From a bacterium (GTDB taxonomy: Bacteria > Electryoneota > JAOADG01), in the NCBI GenBank assembly GCA_963681965.1, contig OY820579.1, forward strand, positions 160,001 through 224,000: 64,000 bases of DNA. The letters are read 5' to 3'. The notes below the pieces were generated by a model that was not told the origin of the DNA, did no database searches, and worked only from the letters and a program-made list of their open reading frames with translations. Below, piece after piece: positions 22,127 through 31,255 of this stretch; the first letter of the stretch is position 1; every line of letters starts with the position of its first letter. Both the position numbers and the translations under genes were made by a program.

Positions 22127-22993
22127 TTATTGTTCGGGTTGCTTGATTATTTTTCCCGATCCCCGCGCTGCCAACCAACCGGTAGACCACCCGATCAACA
22201 ACGCAATGAGGGGGATCAAGAATACCGAAAGCGGAATCGTCGTTGCAATCGGACTGTTACGCTGCGCAAGCCAGAACATTGTCAACCAACCCCAAGCTAC
22301 CGCCAGAGCTCCGGTAATAAACCCAATGATTGCCGCGAGTTGATAGTAGGGTCGACGGAAGTAACCGCGCGAAGCGCCGAGCAACGATAGCACATTCGCC
22401 ATCGTTGCCGAACCAGTCACCGCAGACCGGACAATAAACACGCCGATAACAATGAATACTAACGCTAATCCGACGCCAATTCCGATGATATATGGAATCG
22501 TGTCGTTAAAAGAATTTTCTACCCAACCCGCCAGTTCACCTTCAAATACTGCTTCATTCACCGGTGGAAGATCGGAAGCAAATTTTTGGATCTGTCGCAT
22601 CCGCGATGGTGTTGCCAGCGCTTTTGGAAGTGTGACGATATACGATGGGGGTAGTGGATTCTCACCGAGCAAATTCAGCAAATCGGGACCAAATTCCTGC
22701 ATAAATCGCTCGCGCGCTTCTCCGGGTGAGATATACTGAAACGATGTACCGGGCGGCACGTTACGTTTGAGAGCCGCTAACACCGAATCACGTTCGGGAC
22801 CAGTTGCCGATGCGTGCAAATAGACTTCGAGTTGGAATTGGCGGAGGAAACGTTCTTTGAGTGAATCGACAATCTGAATCGCAACCAATGTTGTAACCAG
22901 AACCGACGACATTAGGAAGATTGCGAGCGCGAACCATGCAAATCGCGATACATTTCGTCGAAAAGTGTAGATTAGTTCTGAGATCCGATTCAT
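22127..22993 (-). CDS. ftsX: Cell division permease-like protein FtsX
   Basis: TM helix, periplasmic domain with LGENPLPPSY, three C-terminal TM helices with LLGA....RRPY. Translationally coupled to the upstream ABC ATPase. Confidence 0.8.
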   Translation of the reverse strand: MNRISELIYTFRRNVSRFAWFALAIFLMSSVLVTTLVAIQIVDSLKERFLRQFQLEVYLHASATGPERDSVLAALKRNVPPGTSFQYISPGEARERFMQEFGPDLLNLLGENPLPPSYIVTLPKALATPSRMRQIQKFASDLPPVNEAVFEGELAGWVENSFNDTIPYIIGIGVGLALVFIVIGVFIVRSAVTGSATMANVLSLLGASRGYFRRPYYQLAAIIGFITGALAVAWGWLTMFWLAQRNSPIATTIPLSVFLIPLIALLIGWSTGWLAARGSGKIIKQPEQ

Positions 22994-23709
22994 GGTCGCA
23001 ACCCCATCCATAATCCACCGAGTTGGGTTTGTGCTTGAGGTTGATCAAATTGATTGTCGGCGATGATTCTGCCTTCTTCCAGTCGAATCGTCCGTGGCGA
23101 AAGCTGATGAAAGATATCCAATACCGAGGTTGTAATCAGTACCGTTACCCCTTGACGATGTTCTTCGGCAATGACATCGAGCAGAAATTGAATCGATTCC
23201 CGATCAAGATTCACAGCGGGATCGTCGAAGATGAGCAACGCCGGTTCGCTTGCCAAGGCGCGGGCAAGACTGACGCGCATCCATTCGCCAGCAGACAACC
23301 CTTTTCCACGATGTCCGGCACGTCCTGTAAGACCCACAGCCGATAGTGCATCGAGTGCTTTGTGCTTGATCGCTTTTCGCGAAAGCGTGCCGTGTAGATA
23401 AAGCGGTAACGCAACATTTTCAAGCAGCGAACGGTCGGGGAGTAACCCTAAATCGGGAATGATCATTCCGATTTGCCTACGGTATTCCACCATTTCCTTG
23501 CGCGACAAATCGAAAATCGAAGTTCCACTCACAACAATCCGCCCGGAATCGGGTCGCTCGATTCCGATCAACATCCGCACTAGCGTCGTCTTCCCGGATG
23601 CAACCGATCCTTCGACAACGAGTAACTCGCCGCGATCGATTTGGCAATCGAATTCACGAATGCCGCCGCCGTTTTTGTAGATCTTTGTGACGTGGAGAAA
23701 ATCGATCAT
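22990..23709 (-). CDS. ftsE: FtsE-like ABC ATPase with degenerate motifs
   Basis: Walker A GSVASGKTT, YRRQIG, ENVALPL, LSAGE signature. Adjacent to ftsX. Confidence 0.78.
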   Translation of the reverse strand: MIDFLHVTKIYKNGGGIREFDCQIDRGELLVVEGSVASGKTTLVRMLIGIERPDSGRIVVSGTSIFDLSRKEMVEYRRQIGMIIPDLGLLPDRSLLENVALPLYLHGTLSRKAIKHKALDALSAVGLTGRAGHRGKGLSAGEWMRVSLARALASEPALLIFDDPAVNLDRESIQFLLDVIAEEHRQGVTVLITTSVLDIFHQLSPRTIRLEEGRIIADNQFDQPQAQTQLGGLWMGLRP

Positions 23710-24464
23710 TTCATTTCCGCGATTGCGACTCCCGATGAAGTACCAATCCGGTTGGCACCGGCAACAATCATTTTCAGTGCGGTTCGCAGTTCGCGAACGC
23801 CCCCCGATGCTTTAACACCAATGTGCGTACCGACCACTTCTCGCATGATCCGAATGGCATGTTCCGTAGCACCACCACTGGGATGAAATCCGGTCGATGT
23901 TTTTACAAATGAGGCACCAGCTCGCAACGCAATTTCACAACCGCGACGCAATTCGAGATCGGTCAACGTTGCCGATTCCAGAATTACCTTTACGGCAGCC
24001 CGGTCGGATGCGGCATCGATCACCGCGCAGATATCTTCTGCGACCGCTTCCCACTCCCCACTTTTGACCGCCCCAAGATTCCAGACCATGTCCAGCTCTT
24101 CGGCACCGGCATCGACTGCGATTGCGGCTTCATTGTTCTTCACAGCGGCGGTATGCATTCCACTCGGAAATCCGATCACACAACAGGCTTTACAATCGGA
24201 ATTCTTCAATTCTGCAGCTACGACCGGAAGCCAATAGGAGTGCACGCATACCGATGCGAATGGGTACCGTTTCGCCTGATCGCAGATCGTCCTGACCTCG
24301 GCATTCGTCGCTTCCGGTTTGAGGATCGTGTGATCGATCATCGGAACAATCATTTGCGCCGCACAAAGAACATCGCTGTGGACATCTGCCGGAGACCAGT
24401 CGTCAATTGCCAGTAACCGCTGGGCAAGAGCGATTAATTTGGGATCGGGAAGTTGCGAGGACAT
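23706..24464 (-). CDS. deoC: Deoxyribose-phosphate aldolase
   Basis: IDHTILKP, VIGFPSG, KVILE, FVKTSTGF, GVKASGGVR, RIGTSS. Confidence 0.96.
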   Translation of the reverse strand: MSSQLPDPKLIALAQRLLAIDDWSPADVHSDVLCAAQMIVPMIDHTILKPEATNAEVRTICDQAKRYPFASVCVHSYWLPVVAAELKNSDCKACCVIGFPSGMHTAAVKNNEAAIAVDAGAEELDMVWNLGAVKSGEWEAVAEDICAVIDAASDRAAVKVILESATLTDLELRRGCEIALRAGASFVKTSTGFHPSGGATEHAIRIMREVVGTHIGVKASGGVRELRTALKMIVAGANRIGTSSGVAIAEMK

Positions 24465-24520
24465 GAGCCACTCCGCATTAAAATATTATTTATCTTAACC
24501 GATTCGATGAATCGGCAGGA

Positions 24521-25612
24521 TCAATTCACATTTATCTGACGACCACTGCTATCTGCAGCAGATGAATCGGATGCAGCAATAGGTGGGGTTAGCTGCAACT
24601 TATACGACTTGGCATACGTCACGATCTTCGACGAAAACCCCAGATCGGGACCGGTTCGCAATTCTACAATCACATGCTCCGGTGGAATTGTTGAAGGCAA
24701 TTGATTCAGCGCTGCACCCCAAAATGCCAACGAAACAGCTTCAATATCACGTTGACCATACTGCATTCCATTGACACTTCCAGCGACACGAGCCTGTACA
24801 AGCACGGAATCGGATTCATCATCAGCGCGTTGAACAACAATTCCTCTTATGGGCAATTTTTTTTCTTCCGCTAGATTACGCAGTTGAGTTTGCACATCTT
24901 TACCATTATTCAAAACCGGTTTACAAAAAGTTCCGGCGATTGCAAACACCAGCAACGGTACTGCCCACAACAAATGCACTAACGCCATCCGTGCAGTAAA
25001 TAAATTCGGATTACTGCGGGCTTTTTCATCGCTGACTGTTTTCGCAAAGAGATGTACCCCTTGTCGCGGCAATCCAAGTATTACCACCATCCTTCGCGAG
25101 AGACAGATCGACCGTCCGAACAAATCGCAGTAAGAACGCGATGGTGCAGTAACTGCCATTAATAATGGTGCACCTAGCGTCCACCCGACCAACATCCCCA
25201 TCGCGCTATAATACCCGGCGGTACCGAGAGCGGTCGACATCCCGCTACGCAATTCCAAACCCATTGCCTGCGCTACCAAAGGAAACGCCATCGGTAGTGA
25301 CCGAACAATTGCACGTCGCCAAGTCAAACCTCGACCGGAACTATCGACGACACGCAATCCAAACACCCATTTACCGACAGTAGCACCACCACCGAATTTT
25401 GAATGACTGAACGAGTCGTACAGGATTACAATGACCAGTCCAATGATCCAACCATGATCGCCCATACGCTCGATCGGCAGGGACATGAGTGCCAGCCATC
25501 CGATTACACCTAAAACAATCAAATCAATCAGTCGGGCACCGCCCCGACGAGCAATCATTTTAGCAACCGGACCAATTCCTGCCGGCTGTACTTCAAGAAT
25601 AATTTCATCCAT
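24521..25612 (-). CDS. RDD-family membrane protein
   Basis: RRGGARLID, ATVGKWVFGLRVV, RAIVR, multiple TM segments. Confidence 0.8.
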   Translation of the reverse strand: MDEIILEVQPAGIGPVAKMIARRGGARLIDLIVLGVIGWLALMSLPIERMGDHGWIIGLVIVILYDSFSHSKFGGGATVGKWVFGLRVVDSSGRGLTWRRAIVRSLPMAFPLVAQAMGLELRSGMSTALGTAGYYSAMGMLVGWTLGAPLLMAVTAPSRSYCDLFGRSICLSRRMVVILGLPRQGVHLFAKTVSDEKARSNPNLFTARMALVHLLWAVPLLVFAIAGTFCKPVLNNGKDVQTQLRNLAEEKKLPIRGIVVQRADDESDSVLVQARVAGSVNGMQYGQRDIEAVSLAFWGAALNQLPSTIPPEHVIVELRTGPDLGFSSKIVTYAKSYKLQLTPPIAASDSSAADSSGRQINVN

Positions 25613-25619
25613 AATAAAT

Positions 25620-25943
25620 CTACTGCACCAATACTGCCGTTCCCGACGAAGCGACCATCAACATACCTTCCCGAACTACTTCGTAATCCAGGTCGATTCC
25701 AATTACTGCATTTGCACCCAAGCTCTGCGCTCGCGCCGACATTTCCGATAGTGCGATCTCGCGCGCTTGCTGAAGCTTCTGTTCGTAGGCGCCGCTTCTA
25801 CCACCGACGATATCGGTGATCGAAGCAAAGATATCGCGAACGATATTCGCACCCATGATTGCTTCACCGGTAACGATACCGAAATACTGCAACACTTTTT
25901 TACCCTCGACGGTGTTGGTCGTCGTCAAAATCATATTGGTCAT
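25620..25943 (-). CDS. YbjQ/UPF0145 family protein
   Basis: [16 protein letters not shown]...[11 protein letters not shown]...[12 protein letters not shown]...GTAV. Confidence 0.92.
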   Translation of the reverse strand: MTNMILTTTNTVEGKKVLQYFGIVTGEAIMGANIVRDIFASITDIVGGRSGAYEQKLQQAREIALSEMSARAQSLGANAVIGIDLDYEVVREGMLMVASSGTAVLVQ

Positions 25944-25973
25944 GGTTTTCTCGTAAATAATTGTTGTTCGAAA

Positions 25974-27353
25974 TTACAATTGTTTTCCAAATCGCTGAAG
26001 TAACTCGTCGACCATCCGTTCGGCAACGGCGGGATCGGCAGATTCAGCGAACACCCGCACGATCGGTTCGGTATTACTTCCGCGGATCTGCACCCAGCCA
26101 TCAGAGGTGTTGAGTTTCAACCCATCGGTTCGATCCCAATTCTCATGCGATCGCTCGGTGGCTAATTTTTCAAAAATCGCCGAAATTCCACCACGTTTCG
26201 CAAGGATTTCCGGATCAAGTTGAGCCGTTTTCTTCACGATCGTATAGCGTGGGATATCCTTCATCAACGTTTCAATCGGTCCACGGGTCGCAATCGCAGA
26301 TAGTAACAGTGCAATGCCAACCAAACTGTCCCGCCCGGGATGACAGGCTGGCACCATAACTCCACCGTTTCCTTCGCCACCACAGACGGCTTTCACTTCG
26401 AGCATCTTATCTGCAACATTGGCTTCGCCGACTTTTGTGCGATAAACCGGTACATTGTACCGCTTGGCAATATCTTCGACTGCCATCGTCGTCGAGACAT
26501 TGATCACGACCGGTCCGGAAGTGAATCGCAAGACCTGATCGCAAGTCAACACGACTGTACTTTCCTCACCCAACGGTATACCATCGGGACCGACACAGGC
26601 GAGGCGATCGCCATCGGGATCGAACCCGAAACCGATACAAGCACCACTCTTGAGCACTTCCTGACCGAGTGGTAACAATACTTCCGGAGTTGGTTCCAGC
26701 TTCCGCTGGAAGTTGCCATCGGCAACCATCCCCAGTGAACCGGGCGACATGGTTACATTTAATGCTTTAAGAAGCGCCGGAATACACGCTCCGGCAACAC
26801 CAGCTCCACCATCGCAAGACACTGTCAGATTCGCTTTTCTAATCGCGTCGACATTCACACCGGGTGTTTGAGTCAACGTGCGTTCGACATGACGTGCGAC
26901 CAGATCGAACGACGGGGTTTGCACAGAACCAAATTCATCCCATGTAGCCCACCGACGAGTACCCTGCTCGACGAGTTTCCGAAGGGTTTTACCCTCTTCA
27001 TCTAATAAAAATCGACCGTCATTGCGGAAAAATTTTAAGGCATTCCATTGTACTGGATTGTGCGATGCCGTGATGGCAATACCGCCATCGGCATGAAGCT
27101 CTTCAACGGCGATCGCTACCGATGGCGTTGCGGCAATACCCAAATCGAATACTTTGCACCCGGACATCGTCAGAGTGGAAAAAATTAGTTGTCGAATCGG
27201 TTCGCGGGTAGGTCGCGGGTCACTTCCGACCACGATCGTTGCACCGTTTGGCAGCGATGCGGCAAACCCGGCTGCCCAATCCACGATTACTGAAGGAGTT
27301 AGATCAACTCCGACAATTCCGCGCACACCTGATACCGAAATCATTAACGGCAT
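25974..27353 (-). CDS. glmM: Phosphoglucosamine mutase / phosphomannomutase family
   Basis: SVSGVRG, ITASHNP (phosphoserine), DPDGDR, GGEGNGG, IRGSNTEP. Start set at MPLMISVSG behind a GGAGGA RBS. Substrate specificity uncertain. Confidence 0.8.
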   Translation of the reverse strand: MPLMISVSGVRGIVGVDLTPSVIVDWAAGFAASLPNGATIVVGSDPRPTREPIRQLIFSTLTMSGCKVFDLGIAATPSVAIAVEELHADGGIAITASHNPVQWNALKFFRNDGRFLLDEEGKTLRKLVEQGTRRWATWDEFGSVQTPSFDLVARHVERTLTQTPGVNVDAIRKANLTVSCDGGAGVAGACIPALLKALNVTMSPGSLGMVADGNFQRKLEPTPEVLLPLGQEVLKSGACIGFGFDPDGDRLACVGPDGIPLGEESTVVLTCDQVLRFTSGPVVINVSTTMAVEDIAKRYNVPVYRTKVGEANVADKMLEVKAVCGGEGNGGVMVPACHPGRDSLVGIALLLSAIATRGPIETLMKDIPRYTIVKKTAQLDPEILAKRGGISAIFEKLATERSHENWDRTDGLKLNTSDGWVQIRGSNTEPIVRVFAESADPAVAERMVDELLQRFGKQL

Positions 27354-27618
27354 AGTAGAAATTCCTCCAATCCCGAAAATACTGAGCAACAGCCCATTCT
27401 GCAACCGTTTTGATCCGATCATGTGATTGAAACTACTCGGTATCAATAGGTTATATATTTAGATAAACTCAAGAATTACTGTTACAATTCTTAATCAAAC
27501 CAGCTTAATTCCCGTTTTTTGTGTATATTATCAGCTCATTCACTTTACTAGGGAATTTTACTAAAATTCGTCACTACTCGATCAACCTCGTTCCAGTTGT
27601 CATTTACTTGGAGAAATC

Positions 27619-28860
27619 ATGCTGAAACCAATCAATTTCCGAATTTTTCTTACATTTATCGTCATTTTATCAATCATTGCTACATTTCAGATGAGTGTTT
27701 TTGCCGCTCCGGAATCGCGATCACCGATGACGACTGTTCTCGATGGATCTGCGAAATATTCCGGCAGCGCTTCCGATATCGCTTTTGCTCCGAATGGCGA
27801 CATGATTGTTATCGGCAATTCTTCCAGCAAGAAGAGTTCCAGCTTTCAGGTTCTAATGATTGATCCCGCGAATCTTTCGGTCACACCAAAACAGACTGTG
27901 ACGAATGCTTCTGCTTATTCGATTATCCGCACAAGTGATGACAGTTATTTGGTCGTCGGCGAAAAAACCGATAACAGTTTTTATTTAAGTAAGTTGAAAG
28001 CCGATTTGACCGAGATTACGGTACCGGCTATTATGAATGGTCGAATGGGTAAATTAAAGGGAGTGTGCGAATCGACCGACAAGGGTTTCTTTCTGTTGGG
28101 TGAAAAACAGACTGTGATGAAAGTAAAAAAGGGAACCCCAGATTTGTATTCTTGCCTTTGCTTGTATAAGGTGGACAAAGACTTTTCTTCGATTAAAGGA
28201 AAATTGTTTCTCAATCTGGAAAAGGATCAAACCTATGCGCTTGATACGACGAGTGACAATGGTTGTATTGTTGCGGGACCGATCAACGATTCTTTAGGAA
28301 ATATCGGAACTGAGAAACTGCTACCTGCAACACGAGCGCCGGAACCTAAATCGGAGAAGCGGATCTGGTTGGGAACATTCGATCAGAATTGCGCAAATCG
28401 ATCTATTAAGAATTTGTCTAGTGTAGACTGTTGTTCGTGGGGAACAGGATTTCTTCATAACGATTTGAATGTAACTGCGGTTTCCGGAATGGTCCTTGAT
28501 GAGAAAAACGATCAGTCGAATCGTGAACAAGCGTGTTTGGTAAAAATCAAGACGGGCGGTACATTCGAAACAATCAAGACGGGCGGTTCCAAAGCCGATT
28601 ATGGTGTCGCTGTGGAACAAGAAGGTGGCACGTATTTTCTCTGTCGCAATCGTACCGATACAACGACCAAGACGACCGAAACCTGGTTGGATTTGATCGA
28701 TAGTACTAATTTAACTGTAATCGATCAGATTAAATTGGGTGACTTCACGACGAACAAAGTTCGTCGTCATGGCAACATGATTTTCGTTGTCGGTTCTCAG
28801 AGCGGAAATTTCTTTGTGGGATCATACGATCTGACAGCAAAGCGTTCGACAAAAAAATAA
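27619..28860 (+). CDS. Hypothetical secreted protein, probable beta-propeller
   Basis: GGAGA RBS, signal peptide, recurring 'TSDxG.LV.G' blade-like motifs. Confidence 0.65.
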   Translation: MLKPINFRIFLTFIVILSIIATFQMSVFAAPESRSPMTTVLDGSAKYSGSASDIAFAPNGDMIVIGNSSSKKSSSFQVLMIDPANLSVTPKQTVTNASAYSIIRTSDDSYLVVGEKTDNSFYLSKLKADLTEITVPAIMNGRMGKLKGVCESTDKGFFLLGEKQTVMKVKKGTPDLYSCLCLYKVDKDFSSIKGKLFLNLEKDQTYALDTTSDNGCIVAGPINDSLGNIGTEKLLPATRAPEPKSEKRIWLGTFDQNCANRSIKNLSSVDCCSWGTGFLHNDLNVTAVSGMVLDEKNDQSNREQACLVKIKTGGTFETIKTGGSKADYGVAVEQEGGTYFLCRNRTDTTTKTTETWLDLIDSTNLTVIDQIKLGDFTTNKVRRHGNMIFVVGSQSGNFFVGSYDLTAKRSTKK

Positions 28861-28885
28861 GACCGACTTACAGTTGGATTAGTGG

Positions 28886-28920
28886 ATCGGGCGGACAACT
28901 ATTGTTCGCCCGATTTGTTT
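28886..28920 (+). terminator. Intrinsic terminator hairpin
   Basis: ATCGGGCGGACAA-cta-TTGTTCGCCCGAT followed by TTGTTT. Confidence 0.7.
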
Positions 28921-29074
28921 CCATTCATACATAAAAAATATTTCATTTCTCAGAAATTCTCTCGCACAACCAATTTAATTATTATTAAATTAATATTAAA
29001 TCATTTCTATCCCATTCCGTCAATACACTGTTCAAGAAAGCTCAAAGACTCACGCTATTGATCGGAGGCACATC

Positions 29075-31253
29075 ATGAAAACCTGCTTCAAAACAGTACT
29101 AGTCATTAGTCTGCTACTCTTCATCACACAACAGACTCTGGCGCAAGACAGTTCGAATGTTCATCTTCTCAGCAGCATCTGGCAAACTGCACCTCATAAT
29201 ATTACAATCCAAGGAAACTACGCTTATATCGCCGACCGTTACGGCGGTTTGGTTTCCTATGACATCAGTAATCCGTTATCTCCGGTCTTGATCGGCACTT
29301 GTCGCCACCCAGTTACTGTAAACGACCGGGTTGTATGGAATATTGCCGCATCCGGAAATCGCGTGTATGTCGCCGAAACAATGAACGGATTGACTACATT
29401 CGATATTACCGATCATCAGCATCCGATCAACTGTTCCGACAACTTTCAACTTCATCACCGATGTTAACAATCTTGGGGTTCATGGGATGGCATTTGCAGG
29501 AAATAATGCATATCTCATCGATATCCAAGGTATGCTCCGGATTTACGATTTAAATCAACAACGACTCTGTGTCGGTTCCTATCAACTGACAAACTATTTT
29601 TTATGCGATATCGCTGTTTCCGGTAATTATGCCTTTATCGCCAATGGTGCCAGTGGCTTGCTAATTCTGAATATTTCCAATCCAGCTACGCCGACGGTTG
29701 TCGGATCGCTCTCGACAATGCAATATGCATATAAGATTCTATTAACGGGAAACTATGTGTATATCACCGATTCAAATTCAGGACTAACTGTTATCAACAT
29801 CAGCAATCCAGCCGCGCCAACGATGCTCTGGGCATCCGGAACGACAAACGGCGCAGTGAATGATTTTATAATCTCCGGTGGTTATGCTTATGTAGTGTCA
29901 AGTCTCTCTGATGCCAATGGTTCATCAACCTTAATGATTTACGATGTTCGTACCCCTTCATCGATCACTGAAGTTGGGAGCATGACTTTTCCCGAAATCG
30001 CATTTGGAATTGCACTGTCCGGAAACTACGCATATATCACTGGTAATCGTCTCGGTCTTCGCGTAATCAATATCAGCGATCCTACCGCACCGACTGCGGC
30101 AGCCAGTCATTATCGCGTTTTGAACAATGCCTCGGATATTGTTGCAAGCGGACAGTATGCCTATGTCGCTGACAACCAATTCGGTTTGCGGATATTCGAT
30201 GTCAGTCATCCAGCAACACTTGCGTTAACACATTCAATTTCTATCGGCAATGCCGTCGGAGTATCGCTGCATGACAATTATGCCTATGTGGCAGCGAGCG
30301 ATTCGGGATTAAGAATCGTCAATATCTCCAATCCTTTGTTACCGATCAATGTGGGGTACCGGGACACTTCTGCAGCAGTCAAGCAAGTTGTCATCAGCGG
30401 AAATTATGCCTATACGATCGGCGGCTCAAGACTTCGGATTTTGAATATTAGCAATCCCGAAGCGCCAGTATTGATCGGATCATGCGAATTACCGTACGAT
30501 GCCAATGAATTGAAAGTGATTGGAAATTACGCCTATATCGCTGATGGTGCCGGAGGGTTGCGGATCATCGACATCAGCAATTCCAAGGCTCCGAGTGAAA
30601 TTGGATCATTTGCTAATTCTTCAAGCGACCTCTTACATATTGCGATATCCGGTAACTTTGCCTATCTCAGCGAAAATCAGTATCGACTTCGAATTCTCGA
30701 TATCAGCAACCCGCGATCCCCCACTCAAGTAAGCCTCTATTCTCCAAGCGGATCACAGTATGTTGCGATTTCAGATAATTCTGCCATTCTCTTCGACAGT
30801 ACTACGACCAGATTGGTACCGATCGCAGCATTATTGAATCCTGGTTTCGCAACAAATTTCGGCGGTGTATCACCAAATAGCTTTTCGATTAACGGCAATA
30901 ATTTATTCGATGCTTTCGATCAGGGGTTCAATATTTACGATTGCAGTGAGGCGATGAATGTAGGAGAGCGTAGTGATGAAACCTTGCCAGCTCGGTGTGT
31001 ACTGAAACCGAGTTATCCCAATCCGTTCAATGCAACGACCGAGATCCGTTATCAACTAACTCGAGCTGGAAAAGTCGAGCTAAAGGTATTTGATCTATCC
31101 GGACGGGAAATCGCAAATTTGGTGAATGATCGTCAAGAACCCTGCGAATACCGGATTCCTTTTAATGGGAAAGCGCTAGTGAGTGGAACCTATCTGGTGC
31201 GGTTGACTTCCGGAACGAATTCACACACTCAGAAGATCGTACTTCTGAAATAA
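29075..31253 (+). pseudogene. LVIVD-repeat beta-propeller protein with T9SS-like CTD, split by a frameshift near 29428
   Basis: ORF 29075-29467 carries the signal peptide and first 'GNYAY.AD..GL...DISNP..P' repeats. The same repeats continue in the +1 frame (open through 29430 into ORF 29487-31253), which ends YPNPFN...KIVLLK. Confidence 0.75.
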
Positions 31254-31255
31254 GA

